A stretch of 61,568 nt of DNA, filler included, from Thelocarpon superellum (GCA_026025795.1; 2 parts of 2 records of this genome joined end to end with filler, not necessarily neighbours in it); one strand, 5' to 3'; shown: positions 37,069 through 49,720, numbered from the whole stretch's first letter. Made by a program: numbers and translations. Notes: a model not told the origin generated them from the letters alone.

Positions 37069-39326
37069 ATGGCCGAAAGTCTCGCGGCCGGTGCAGTGCC
37101 CCCGGAAGCCGACGGCGGAACACGGGTCCCACACAACACTCCCTTCCTCGACGTCGACGATGAGCTCGGCCGATTCCTCGCCCCCACGCCAGACCCGATC
37201 TCGACGCACCAGAGCGACCGGCCCTTTCTGGAGGTGCTCTGTGGGCCCTTGCTCAACTACCATGGCATGCGTGATGTCCCCAAAAAGGCGACCATCTGGC
37301 GCGGGAGCGCCCTGGTTGTCACGGCGTCGAACGGCATCCAGCCGACGCTGCGCCTCGCCAGAGCGACGGAGGGGGTGGAGGAGAACAGCCGGGGACGGAA
37401 GCTCAGGGCCACGAAGCTCTACGCCGATCCGCGCAAGACCTTCTGGCGTTTTGACCTTGAAGTCCCTCTGTCCGAGGCGGAGGCCCGCTGGGAATACAAC
37501 CTGCCCGATGCACGCTACCGCCATGAGCAACACACGCCCGCCGACGCGCGCCGGAGCTTCTTTGTGCCGGCGCAAGATCAATCGATGCGCATCATGTTCC
37601 ATTCCTGCAACGGCTTCTCCGTAGGCACCGACGAGGAGGCCTATTCGGGACCGGCGCTGTGGCAGGATGTGGTGCGGGTGCATGAGAAGAAACCCTTTCA
37701 CTGCATGATTGGTGGAGGGGATCAGATTTACAATGACGGGGTGCGTGTGACGGGACCCTTGGCCGCGTGGACATCGATCAAGAATCCCAAGCGGCGCCGC
37801 GACTATGCCTTCAATGAGGATCTGCGGGCGCGGTGCGATCAGTTCTACTACAACAACTACCGCCGGTGGTACGCGACCGAGAGCTTCGCCACGGCGAACG
37901 CCCGCATCCCGCAGATCAACATCTGGGACGACCATGATCTCATCGACGGCTTTGGCAGTTACACTGACCACTTCATGAAGTGCCATGTTTTCCGCGGCAT
38001 TGGGGGGGTTGCGTTCAAATACTACACGCTCTTCCAACACCACGCACCGCCACCGGTGTCAACCTTCACCTCGGACGCGCCGCAGACGATGAAGAGTCAA
38101 GGTCTGACGGGGGCGGGACCCGACCCGGTCCAGCTGAAGGATGCCTTTGTCCTTCAGGGCGCGCCAGACGACCCGAGTTGGATCATTGGTGGCCGGCCCG
38201 GACCGTACGTGGAAGAGCGGAGTCGCAGCCTCTACATGCAGCTGGGAAAGCGGATGGCATTCGTGGGCATCGACGCACGGACGGAGCGGACGCGACACCA
38301 GGTCAACTACCTGGACACGTACGACCGCATCTTTGGGCGCGTGCACGACGAGCTAGGCCGGAAGGCGGGAGAGATCAAGCATCTCATCGTGCTGCTCGGC
38401 ATTCCCATCGCCTACCCGCGTCTGATCTGGTTGGAGAATATTCTCCGCTCGCCCATCATCGGGCCCATTCGGTTCTTGAGCAAGCGCTTCGGCTTTGCGA
38501 GCGGCTTGTTCAACGAATTTGATGGCGCGGTCGATCTTCTCGATGATCTCGACGATCACTATACGGCGCGACAACACAAGAAGGAGCGCAAGGAGCTGAT
38601 GCTGCGGTTACAGGCGGTGGCGGCACAGCACGGCGTTCGTATCACCATCCTCGGCGGCGACGTCCATCTCGCGGCGCTCGGACGATTCTACAGCAAGCCG
38701 GGCCTGATGATCCCCACGGAGCAGGACCATCGATATATGGTCAACGTGATCAGCAGTGCCATCACGAACCATCCACCGCCGCGCGCCGTCGCCAACATGT
38801 TGGCTCGACGGAATAAGATCCACCATCTCGACGCCCAGACGGACGAGACGCTGATGAATCTCTTCGATCGGGAACCGTTCCAGCAGGAGAACGGCATGCT
38901 TCAGAACCACACCACTATGCCCAGTCGCAATTACGCCATCCTCACCGAGTCGGGCAGCTTTGACTCGACGCCGACGGCGGGGAGCAACGGGTCGAATGGT
39001 GACCACGCCAACGGACACGCCGACGGACCGCCTGAGGGACCCTCCGCGCTGGACGTGGCCACGGGGAAAGATGGACATTCGCCCTTACACCGGGGCGAAA
39101 AGAACGCCGGCACGACGCATCCCGCGGCATCTGGGGTCGAACCCAGCAACACGTTTGGACCGCACGGACTGGACGTGGCATATCGCATCGAGATCAATCA
39201 TTCCGACCGACGAGGTCTGACGGAGGGCTATGGCTTGAGCAGTGAGTGATCCACGCCGTGATGGCGGAGATGATGACGACGACTGACAGGCGAACAGTCC
39301 CTTCGCTCTCGCCGGCAAAGTCATAG
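37069..39326 (+). CDS. PhoD-like metallophosphatase domain protein (fungal)
   Basis: FHSCNGFS, GGGDQIYND, NIWDDHDLIDGFGSY and LGGDVH metal-binding motifs; short last exon IPSLSPAKS*. Confidence 0.88.
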
Positions 39327-39887
39327 AAGATCTATCATTGGGTGGGAATGTGTGTACATCTTCGATATTGTGCGGCAGCATTGGAATGAGATCTAGCGAG
39401 CGAAGCGGGTCCGTGTGGGGCTGGGGCGTTGATCTACAATTTGCTTCATGGACATGGATGGTGACAGCAAAGGGTGATCTCACGGACTGGTGTGGTTGCG
39501 TTGCTGGGGTCAATCCTTACTTTGGATTACCGATCTGGATTCGATGTACTATCCGATTGATACCAGGACGATTGGTCCACCGTGTCAATTTTGAATATTA
39601 CATGGGTTCCTGGCTTCCCCCGTTGGACAGATTGTTGGTGTGTTGAAGAGTCCTCGGGGATGATGTTCGGAGCCACCTTGTCGACGGGGAAATAGGGAGG
39701 TGCGGATCGATGCAAGAGCGGAGAGCGAGGAGACAGAGGAGGAGATTGAGGGCCGAATCCCTAGAAACCGTGGAGGACGGAGAGACGCTTGAAGGCTGGG
39801 GGAAGAGCACCCGGACATCCGGGCATTCGGGCATACCTGCAGACGAGATGGACGGATACGCGCATCCCTATGATGCAAGCCGTTGAT

Positions 39888-39910
39888 CGAGTCGAGTCGA
39901 GTCGAGTCGA
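39888..39910. repeat. (CGAGT)4 microsatellite
   Basis: cgagtcgagtcgagtcgagtcga. Confidence 0.85.
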
Positions 39911-40928
39911 TGCAGGGTACAAGGCATGGTACGTATGGAAAGGCTGATATGGCACGATACATACGGAACGGATCGGGGCGGAGTATGCGGGCAAGGGAAC
40001 GGACCGACGGACGGACGGGACGAAGCAGAAAGGTGAAAGACGCAGACATTGTAATGAAAAAACTTCATACTAGGATGAGCACCAGGCATCCGGACTGTCG
40101 ATGGGTGCCTGCATTGTCGGGCCTCACTCCAGCAGAGGTCATGGTCATCTTCATTCATACTCACTCGTACATGTGGAGCGTTTGTCATATCGAGCTCTCG
40201 GGGAGGAGGGGGAAATGTGCCTGTGACTAGAGGGAAAGGCAGACAAAGAAATCTCCTTTGATCCGTGTGCTCCCTGGAGCTACAGCATGCATGCGTGGAG
40301 GGATGCGTGGATGCAAGTGATTGATTCCGCGGCGGCATCGTACAGATGTACGAGCACGTACGAGGATGATACTAACGCATGGAGGCTGAATAGGTGGCCT
40401 ATGAAACGAGTTCTCGAGCTCATCCTATCCCATCCCATCCCCATCCTCGGATTAAACGTGGACCCGGAATTCCCCGTAAAGTGCGCACGCACGCCACCCG
40501 CCCTCGGTTCCAATCGGGGTCTCCGTGGTGGGGTAAAGCCGGCAACTCAATAGGTGGATATCCATCCACGCCGGCTGCGCGTCCGTCTCGTCTCCACCAT
40601 TGCTCCACGAGGTCAAGAGCAGGTCGGTTGCTTGTGGGCGAGCTCATTCCTGACATTGTCTAGCTGTTGGCTTGTGCTCTCATACTGTACTCGGTACCTC
40701 TCCACTCATCCCTCTGCTCTCCTCGTCGCGGCTCGTGTCCGGCTTGTCCATCCCTCTCCGGTTCGCCTCGGCTCGACTCGCGCTTCGACCTCCCCCACCT
40801 CGAGTGTACGGTGCAGGGTACGAGTACGAGTACGAGTATTGTCCGAGCAAGCTCGACTGTCCCCGCCTCAAAGCAACGCACAAACAAAAGGAGCAGACGA
40901 GAGAAGAGGGAGAAAGCAACAGGGAACA

Positions 40929-41598
40929 ATGGCTGATCACGTCCCGGAACCACGCAACTTTGCCCCCAAGGAAGCCGTGAAGCTTAACCCACCCAAGTCG
41001 GACCCGATCGCTGTGGAGTATCTCTCCAAGTGCGATGGTCAGTACGCTGCGTATACTCCACGTCGCCCTGTGCTTGAATCCGAGGCTAATGGAGGGTGTC
41101 GTGGGGGGACAGGCACCTCGTCGGATCACCCCACTTATGTCGCTATCAAAGGGAAGGTGTTTGATGTCTCGGGCAACTCGGCCTATGCTCCCGGAGGGCA
41201 ATATCATGGTGGGCAGCCCCGCCCTCCACTGCATCGCCTCGCTCTCCCCAACGCGACATCCACTCCGCTTGCATCCATCCCTCCATCCACACCCTGCTTC
41301 CGTCCATCCGTCCATCCACCCGTCCATCCATCCGTGCATCCAGCAATTCTTCCACATTTCTCCCCCCGTGCTCGTATACCGTGCTCCAGTCGACGCTAAT
41401 GGGGAGTGCGCGTACGCAGTATTCGCAGGCAAAGACGCGTCCCGCGCCCTGGCGAAATCAAGCCTGGAGGTCGCAGAAGTCCGACCAGAATGGCACGATC
41501 TAAACGAGAAGGAAAAGGGCGTGCTGAACGATTGGTTTACTTTCTTCAGTAAGCGATACAACATCGTTGGGGCTGTGGCGGGGGTTTCTAATCTGTGA
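40929..41598 (+). CDS. Cytochrome b5-like heme/steroid-binding (MAPR/Dap1-family) protein
   Basis: PTYVAIKGKVFDVS, YAPGGQYH|VFAGKDASRALAKSSL and DWFTFFSKRYNIVG; 2 introns. Confidence 0.92.
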
Positions 41599-41869
41599 GG
41601 TCACTTTTTCGAAGACGAGATGAACGACGGGCGGGATGAAGGGAGACTGTAAGGCGAGCGGGGAAGGTGAACAGATATGGAATGGTATTCATTATCATCA
41701 TCCTTGGTGATTGCCGTTGTCCATGTCCCTAGTCATTATGATCGTCGCCCTCATCATCATCCGGCACCTCCCACCTTAGCTCGTCTTACCCACTCCTCCC
41801 CTCCCCCACATCGCCATCATGTCCCCGCCCCCCGCCCTCTCCAGCCAACGGCAAGCTAGACATCGCAAG

Positions 41870-42043
41870 TCACCCCGTACCATACGTACAAGCATAACAG
41901 GCAATGACCTGCGGCGTACGCTGTCGACACGTCTTGACGCCGAAACACTGATGATTGGGGTCGTTGCGTGCAAAATGGCAGTAGGCAGCGAGGCGGTATT
42001 CGTGGTGGCCGCACGTGTAGGTGATTAGGTGGTAGTCGCACAT
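41870..42043 (-). CDS. 57-aa Cys/His-rich microprotein (MC...Y-x-CGH type, putative zinc binder)
   Basis: MCDYHLITYTCGHHEYRLAAYCHFARNDPNHQCFGVKTCRQRTPQVIACYACTYGTG*; strong ACAAAC-ATG context; TATA box upstream. Confidence 0.72.
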   Translation of the reverse strand: MCDYHLITYTCGHHEYRLAAYCHFARNDPNHQCFGVKTCRQRTPQVIACYACTYGTG

Positions 42044-42519
42044 GTTTGTTCCTATTCTCTGTCTCCCTCGTTCTTGGACTCCTTTACTTCCTTCACTTCT
42101 TCTCTGCTCTTGCTTCGCTTCTCTCTCGTGCACTGCTCGTGCGGAGAGGAAGAGGTGGGGCGATCGGTGGGAGGATGTTGGACTGCCCGTAGCGGATAAG
42201 AGAAGAAGAGAGAAGGTGGGTGGATGGATGGGTGGATGGAGGCCAGATCCGCGGCCGGGTCGTGTCGTGTCACAAAGACCGGAGAAGGATGGGTGGACTC
42301 GGATTAGGAGCGGGAGCGGGAGTGGAAGGCGTGACGGACGAGGTTGGTGGTACAGCTGCAGTGGGCAACGTCTGTCACGTTGTGGAGGTAGATGCGGAGT
42401 GGACGTGGATATGGATATGGATGTGAGGGTGATGGTGATGGTGGTCAAGGTTCAGACAAGGTGTGATAATTTCCCTCTGGTCTCCGCTTCCTTCCTGTTG
42501 ACCAGGAGTCGAGAATAAG

Positions 42520-42578
42520 GAGTTGAGGTCGAGGTCGAGATCGAGGTCAAGGTCAAGTCGAGGTCCAAGCCGAGGTCA
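42520..42578. repeat. Degenerate (GAGGTC)n hexamer array in the microprotein leader
   Basis: gaggtcgaggtcgagatcgaggtcaaggtcaagtcgaggtccaagccgaggtc. Confidence 0.7.
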
Positions 42579-42631
42579 CAAAGACGGAAGAGAAGAGGAA
42601 GAGAAACTGGAAGAGAGAAAGGCACGGTGAG

Positions 42632-42638
42632 TTATATA
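42632..42638 (-). promoter_or_regulatory. TATA box (TATATAA) followed by a CT-rich tract, upstream of the microprotein gene
   Basis: Minus strand reads GGGTATATAAC, then a polypyrimidine stretch at ~42585-42622, the usual filamentous-fungal core promoter layout. Confidence 0.55.
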
Positions 42639-43988
42639 CCCCTTCCATTCTCCCCCACCCCCGCCCAATGACTGCCCACCCGTCTGCCTGACACTTGTGG
42701 AGCCTCGCCTTCCCTTATCTCATGCATATCACAGATGACACGATACACAAGCTTGAGCGACTGAGCGATCCAGCCAGCCACCCGTCCCAGAGCGAGCCCA
42801 TGGCGGGGGAGAGGGGGGAGCAGAGCAAGGACGAAGAGCAGGGAAGTGCAGTGAATAGAAGATCGAGTCCTCATTCATTGTCAGCCTTGGCGTCGGCCTC
42901 AGCGTCATTCTCCCCTCCTCTCCCTCCACCTTCACCTCAGGCGCATTCATTCATCCTCTAGCTTCATCGTGCCCAGAACTTTTCGATCGTCAATATGGTT
43001 CCGATGGTCGTGATCTCCCGGCGACATTGGCTGGATCATGGACAGTGCTGAGATCGCGCATCGTGCGATCGTACGATTGGAAGGTCGCCCTTCTCCCATT
43101 GGTCGCTCGTCAATCAGAGCGCGGTGACATTGGCATGGCCTCGACGTAACCGCAGGAATATGCCGCGCTCCCCGCTTTCGGCATGGCTGGAGGTGGGCTG
43201 CATGTCCTGCGTCTGGTACACAGTGCTGGCGCACGGTGTATGATGCATGGTGCCCGTGACAGTGACGGCGCCGGTGCGGCGTGCATGAGAAGAACAAAAG
43301 CAACGGGTTCTGTTCAAAATTCTCCCCTCCCCCCCTCCTCCCTCTCTCACTGTTTGAGGTACAACCTATTATGCGACGACTTCCACTGCCCGGTCCTAGC
43401 GGCCACCTGCTAGCACCCCGTCGAGTCATCCAGCCAAAGGAGCAAGGAATTGTATTGGCGATATGGTATCGGGCAACCCGTAGAAAGCACCGAATGAATC
43501 GCCGCACACATGCAAGACTCGACCCGGTACAGGCCAGGTTGACGTCGTACCGCTAGCGGGCCCGACGGCTAGCGGACCATGTCGGAGAGAAAGTGACCCG
43601 GGGTTGGAGCGACGGCAGAACGTGCGCCATCAGCCAGGCGCCACCTTTTCACCTTCTCCCCCCCTGGGTCCTCTCGCATCCCTCATGGATGGTCCGATGG
43701 CTGTCTGGGAAGTGCCGTGACACACGACGTACTGTGTGCAGTGTGCATTAAGCAGGGTGCGGCTTCTGAGCTGTGAGTTGGGGTGTGCGCCATCAGACGC
43801 GGATACACGCAGCGCCGCCCCGCCCTGCCCCGCGGATGTATGCCGGTGTTACCCGATCGGACCCATGCTTGACCATGGCAACCGGGATCGCGGCCTTCGT
43901 CTCCCCGTCCTCGCTGACTGGATGCCGCAATACGCCCGCCACGATTCGCCATGACTCGCCATGACTCGACCTCATCCCCCTGCCCCCC

Positions 43989-46331
43989 TCAAGGCCCTTG
44001 CCCCTTCCGGGATTTCCTCTGCATCCGTTTCTTCGCAATAATCTTTCGTCGATCCGCCGCTGTCCGTACCTTGTCCAGCCCGCCCTCGTCCTGGCCCTTT
44101 GCTGCCGCGTCGCGCGATGACGCATGCTGCCGCCCGGCCGATCTCGCTCCACTCTCCCCTGCGTCGTGCGTCTCCCCCCGCTTTCGCTTCATCCCTCGAC
44201 GTGTCTTGACCATGAGCCTGTCCTTGCTCGGCGTCTTCTTTGTTCCGTTCGCGCTCCCTTCCGACGCCCGGCTTTGCTCGACCGTGCGCGATCGATCGCG
44301 CGCCTTGGCCTCGCGCTCCTTTCGTCTCGCCACCACCTGCGCGTTCTCGATTGCAAACTCGACGATCAATCTCCTCTTCCTGTCCGCCACTTGATCGCGG
44401 GAGAGGCTCGCATCGCTCCGATCCTCCACCCGAGTCCCGATGGCGTGCCCATTGAGCCATCGCAAGCCCATCAGCGCCCATCGGTGCGAGCTGTATTCGA
44501 TAAATCCGTAGCCCCGACTGCGACCGGCCCCGCTGTCTTCGCTGACCTTTCCCCCTTCACGTCCCTCAAAGACGACCTTGGCTTGTTGCACGATTCCTTT
44601 CCCTCGTACCTTCCGCGCCCGCTCGGCCTCCTTTGACTCGCCACCCCCGCGACTCTCTTCCTCCTTGGAGAGCTGTTGTCTCATCCCAGCCTTGACGTCC
44701 TTGGCAAACCCCACCACCGCCTCACGCGCCAGAGCCTTGAGATCTTTCGAGGTGATGTGCCGCGGAACATTCCGGATGGAGAGACGAGTCAGACTGAGGT
44801 GCAGCGACGGGTTGTTCTGGAGAAGAGCCTTGCGTTGCTTGGCGCTTCCTTCTCGCATGCTAATCTCCGAGGGTGGTAGGGTATGGTAGAGCGGAGAATT
44901 TGACGCCACGGTTCCTTCCGAGAGAAGATAGAGACGTCGCTTGTCTCGGTCGCGTTGATTTCGGTGGGAGACGCCCTCTTCCGCCAGACGATGGGCGTCA
45001 TCTCGTGCGACGGCTCGAGAGACGTGCAGCACTCGTCCCTCTAACGAGTACTGTCCCGACGGGTCGGCCAGTTCGTTCTCCAGCACCGAATGTTTGACCG
45101 AAGTGGTGGAAGCGTTGGGCTTCTTCAAGGTAGCGATCGTTGCGGCAGACTGGGTCACACGAGGCGCTTGTCGTATGCAGGCGTCGGCGTCCTCCGTCTT
45201 GTAGAAACAGACGAATCCGCTTCCCTTTGACCGGTCTGTCGCATGGTCCATGACCACGCGTGCGTAGCGGACGGCACCAAATTGGCGAAAGTGATCCAAC
45301 AGCGTCTCGTCCGTGGCAGTAAAGGGGAGATTGCGGATGAATAGGGTCGATTGGTTGTCGTCGGGCTTGTGCAAAGGAGCCGGCGAGCGTTCGAGCTCGT
45401 CGTCTTCATCGAATGAGTCCACACCGGATGCTCGATCGTCGTCAGACGGTACGTCCTCTATGGCATGATCAGATCCATCGACGTCTTCAAAGAAAGACTC
45501 GTCGTCCTCTTCGTCCGGGCCTCCCTCCACTACCGCGGCCACGTTCTCCTTTTCGCGTTCTTGCCACGCATCCTTCTCCACCGCCCAATCGACGGCTAGA
45601 GTCCGACCGTCCACTTCCTTTCCGTTGACAGCTTGCAAGGCCTTTTCAGCATTCGCCCTCCCCCGCATCACAACGAATCCAAAGCCCGACATGAGCCCAG
45701 GCTTCTTCTTCGGGATGGTGGCGTGCTTGACCTTGCCATAGCTCCGGAACAAGGTGGCCAGCTGCTCCGGCTCTTTGATGCTCCACGGCAGGTTCCGAAT
45801 GATGAGCTTGGGAGGAAGTCGGGCCACCGCTTGCTGCTGCTGCCGCTGGGCCTTAGCTTCGGCCGCGGCGTGCTTGACGGGATTTGGATGTGCTGCGACC
45901 TGATCCGCGCCGGCCAACTCTCGATGCCGTGGCTCCGCCTCCTCGACCTTGATCTTCCGGCCTTGGAACTTGGTCCCATTGAGCTCCTGCTTGGCTCGTC
46001 GTGCATCCTCCACGTCGGCAAAGGTCACGAATCCGAAGCCTTTGCATTGCTTGGTCGATGAGTCCACCACAACGGTGGCATGTTTGATGGGGTACGACTC
46101 GGAGAAGTACTCGGTCAGGGAGTCATTGGTTGCGGTGGGCGGGAGCGAGCGGATGAAGAGTTGTTTTCGAAGATGGGGAGCTTGTGGGCCGTCATCGTGG
46201 CGAGTTGTGCTGAGCTCCTTGGGAGCTGGCGGTGACGCAGCCTCTGTCTGTATCTCACTTTGAGCGGACGCTGGCACGGCTTCCTGCTCTCCACTGTTGC
46301 TCGAACGTCGTTTCTTTCGAGCGGGCGCCAT
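43989..46331 (-). CDS. NOP4: Nucleolar multi-RRM 60S biogenesis factor Nop4/RBM28
   Basis: Four RRMs (KGFGFVTF, GFGFVVM, KGSGFVCF, RSRGYGFIEY), DKRRLYLLSEG and RLIVEFAIEN. Confidence 0.95.
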   Translation of the reverse strand: MAPARKKRRSSNSGEQEAVPASAQSEIQTEAASPPAPKELSTTRHDDGPQAPHLRKQLFIRSLPPTATNDSLTEYFSESYPIKHATVVVDSSTKQCKGFGFVTFADVEDARRAKQELNGTKFQGRKIKVEEAEPRHRELAGADQVAAHPNPVKHAAAEAKAQRQQQQAVARLPPKLIIRNLPWSIKEPEQLATLFRSYGKVKHATIPKKKPGLMSGFGFVVMRGRANAEKALQAVNGKEVDGRTLAVDWAVEKDAWQEREKENVAAVVEGGPDEEDDESFFEDVDGSDHAIEDVPSDDDRASGVDSFDEDDELERSPAPLHKPDDNQSTLFIRNLPFTATDETLLDHFRQFGAVRYARVVMDHATDRSKGSGFVCFYKTEDADACIRQAPRVTQSAATIATLKKPNASTTSVKHSVLENELADPSGQYSLEGRVLHVSRAVARDDAHRLAEEGVSHRNQRDRDKRRLYLLSEGTVASNSPLYHTLPPSEISMREGSAKQRKALLQNNPSLHLSLTRLSIRNVPRHITSKDLKALAREAVVGFAKDVKAGMRQQLSKEEESRGGGESKEAERARKVRGKGIVQQAKVVFEGREGGKVSEDSGAGRSRGYGFIEYSSHRWALMGLRWLNGHAIGTRVEDRSDASLSRDQVADRKRRLIVEFAIENAQVVARRKEREAKARDRSRTVEQSRASEGSANGTKKTPSKDRLMVKTRRGMKRKRGETHDAGESGARSAGRQHASSRDAAAKGQDEGGLDKVRTAADRRKIIAKKRMQRKSRKGQGP

Positions 46332-46789
46332 AGCGGCGATTGACCGATTGTCTTGACGAGCAAGCTGGATGGGATTGTGTGAAGTTTCCTCTAACCGACA
46401 GACGATAATCAGTCGAAGCCCGAGGAAGCTTTTCCCGACACCCTGGACGGGGAAGAATTAGCGAGCGACCGGAGTAAGACAAACCACTCCACGCAAATTG
46501 TTCTCCAAGTCTCATTGTCGAGTGGTTCTTGATTCGAGGTCGATGATATCATAATGTTCTTGATCACTTGCATGAGGTAGACGACTTAGAGTAGAGGCGA
46601 GGAGGGAGCATAGCAGCTATCACAGGCTGGTCACTGGGTAGAGGCGCTTGTACCAGATCCTAGAGCAAGCTCCTGAGAGGATCCCTCGGAGTATTTGCTA
46701 CGCGAATTTGAAGACTCCGTACTCTTGCTGCGGCTCGAACCGGAGACCGGCGAATCCAGCGGTGCGTCAAGAGCCTCACTCAAACGCCA

Positions 46790-48735
46790 TCACTTTCCAT
46801 CTCGAACCCGCTCCCACCATCTCTTCTCCCGCTGGACTGGCTTCCGCCCCCCGTTCCACCCTGGCGAGCTCAGCCACACCGCCGAGGCAACGCCCGCCAT
46901 CGATCCGCCCAGGTGGCAGATGTGATCATACCTTGCCCACCCTCTCACGGCACCTACGAGATCGATCATCATGAATAGCCCGAGAAGCGTGAAGGCGGGG
47001 ATGGCAGGGGTGAGTCCAAACACCATGCTCACGGGAACACTGATTCGTCGCGGCCAAGTCAGAAAAGAGATCGACAAAGTCAGGACGGAGTGGGAGACGT
47101 AGGGGACCATCGCAGACGCGGCTACGAGCGCCAGGACTCGACTCACTTCATATTCAGACAACACCAGGCGGCGAACACGCCACTGATGGCACCGCTGGCT
47201 CCAAGAGACGAGACCGCGAATCGGCCCAGCATCGAGTTGCCCGCGAGACTGGCAAAAGAGCCAAAAACGCCGCTGCTAAGGTAGACGGCAAGGAACTTCC
47301 CTCGGCCGATCTGGTCATGCACTGACTCCACCGTTTAGCCTTCGACACTGTACCAAGGGCGAGGCAGACGGGGTCGCTCACGTCTGGTGCCCACGATCCA
47401 TAGAACTGTCATGTTAAAGACCAGATGCCAGGGCGCCTGGTGGCTGAACACGGACCCAAGCATACTCGTGGAAAAGGGATATCCCGGAACATTCAAAAAA
47501 TGGCGATTGAGGAAGCGCCAGCACATGGGGATTCTCCAGCCCACGAAGATGGCCGTGTTCGCGATGACGAGGCCAAAGATGGTGGCCGCCGCCGGGGGCA
47601 GATCCGGCCAGAGACGCCCCGATCCGGGAGGAGGCGTATATTGGTCGGCCAAGTAGATCGAGAAGAGCAGGACCGCCCCGGTGAACAAGGCGGAAGGCAG
47701 CAGCCGTTGAACCTGGCACCATCCGATCAGCCTGTATTACCTGACGCAGGGACAGCGCGTCATACCATCGACATCACAGGTGGCCGAGGGTCCTTGGTGA
47801 TCTGCGCCCGTTCCACATAGGCCTGATTCTTCTCGGCCCTCGTTGGTTGTTCTACGACAAGGTACGGTTAGCCATCACCAGTTCGTGCCATGCATCGTTC
47901 ATGCTGACGTACGGAGTTGCCCGGTGCGTGCCGCAGTCTGAAGAGTTCCCGTGCGACCCTTCAGTTCTTCGGGGTATAGCATCGGCTTCTCAGTCCGCTG
48001 CCTGTTGTAGTGCTCGCGGATGGCGTCCAGCCCACTTTCTCCGTAGACGTTCCGGCTATTGATGCCCATTTGCGGCTGATAGAGGGTGAATCCACCCCCT
48101 TGGTCGGGCCGCGATTCCGTCTTTTGGCGGACTTCGCGCTCCATTCGCTGCTCGTATGCAGTCGTCTCATCAACCGGGTAGTTCTGTCGCAGCCAGGCCA
48201 GCCCTTGATCGACCAGTTGTTCCGTGGGTGGCGTCGATTCGGAAAGCGGGAGGGCATCTCCGACGGTGCCGGCGATCCGCCGGCCATGAAGCACGCGTAA
48301 GAGGCGATTTGCCCGGCCCGGATCGATCCTGCGACCAAAAACCTGGTCGATCTCTGCCTGAGAGAGCGCTCGTGTCCGAAAGGAAAGGCCTTCATCAGCA
48401 TGGTAGTTCTCCGGCAGGAGCGGCGAATCGTCGCGGCGGGGGATCTGGCGCGCAAATCCATGCCGATTTGAGGGAAAGGTATCTGGTAGGTTGCGCGACG
48501 GGCCAACGCCCCACGACGACAGTGGCGATGAGTTACCTCTCGGTCGTGACTGACGCGACCCCGAGGCATTTGATACTATCGATAGAAAACGTCTTGAAGT
48601 GGGCGTACGCAGGGAGCGGAATGGCGAGATTTCGAGACCGTGGCCGACCGAGGCGGCCCAGGTTCGTCGCGCGACATGGGACGAGAGACGAGGAGAACAA
48701 CATTGCCGTAGGACGATCGACCACGTGTTGTGCAT
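46790..48735 (-). CDS. PCP1: Mitochondrial rhomboid protease (Pcp1/PARL-like), 4 introns
   Basis: Arg/Ser-rich presequence, SVFSHQ..WHLVFNM, catalytic SLGASGA and DHICHLGG. Confidence 0.88.
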
Positions 48736-49032
48736 CTCTATCCCCTTGAACCAGTGACCTGGTGTACAGAGAATGAAGATGGCCAGCTGGGCGTGAGGTA
48801 CAGACCCAGGTGAGAAGACGCTGATTCTTGGAAAGGTCGACGGAGATCGGAAGCTTCGTCACCAAACGTCATCATTGAACCGTTTGCCTCGCCGTTGACC
48901 TATCGAGCCCTCGCCCGCATACGACCCCAGCCTGCATGCCCTACCTCAGCTCCGCAAGGCGATACACCCTTCAGGGAGATCTCCATAAGCCATTACTGCT
49001 CCATACGTGCGGCTGTCAATTGCACGCTCGCC

Positions 49033-49554
49033 ATGTCGGCGTCAGCAGGGCCGATCAGTCCCGCTGCATTCGCCATTGCCATTCAAGATCTCCCGCTGTC
49101 CAACGTGCACACCAAGGCAGCAGAGCTGCGGAACTCCATCGCCCACCTTCACGCGTCCAACGAGCAGCTGGCGCCCTTCGCGGCCGATGGAGACGTGGAC
49201 TGTGCCGATGCGTTGCGAGAGAATGATGAAGTCATCAAGCGGATGGAGGTGCGCATCGACCTCCTGCGGCAGGAGGTGGAGAGACGAGGCTATCGATGGG
49301 CCGACGCCGAGGTCGAGGACCATGAGGATCAGGTCGATGGCGCAGCGCTGAATGGGACCGATGAGGGGGGGGCTGAGAGAGCGCCTTCGGAGCGCTGGAG
49401 TGCGGGTGGAACCCTTTCCGACGACGAGCTACGGAGACGGTTGGCGGAGCTGAACGGGGACAGGGACAGGGACAGGGACAGGGACGGGGACGGGGACGGA
49501 GACGGAGACGAGGCCGAAGACGGGCACGTGGATGGTGACGGAGTACACCTGTAG
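49033..49554 (+). CDS. Tma17/Adc17-like coiled-coil protein
   Basis: PISPAAFAIAI...ELRNSIAHLHASNEQL...ALRENDEVIKRMEVRIDLL resembles yeast Tma17 from memory; acidic tail ending GVHL*. Confidence 0.6.
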   Translation: MSASAGPISPAAFAIAIQDLPLSNVHTKAAELRNSIAHLHASNEQLAPFAADGDVDCADALRENDEVIKRMEVRIDLLRQEVERRGYRWADAEVEDHEDQVDGAALNGTDEGGAERAPSERWSAGGTLSDDELRRRLAELNGDRDRDRDRDGDGDGDGDEAEDGHVDGDGVHL

Positions 49555-49720
49555 CTACCTACTCTACAGTTGCGGTCTGATGATGCCGGACGGAGGGTTG
49601 TCGGATGCCCTAGGACTGACAGGTGCGTTATGCCATGTCCGAGCAGGCTTCAAAGCTCTCTTGAAACGTCGACACCAGCTATGCCTCGCTCCAACGCCTG
49701 ATGCACCCATCAATACACGC

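Noticed and set aside
49455..49510. (GACAGG)n/(GACGGG)n repeat
   Set aside because: Encodes the DR/DG low-complexity tail of the Tma17-like protein.
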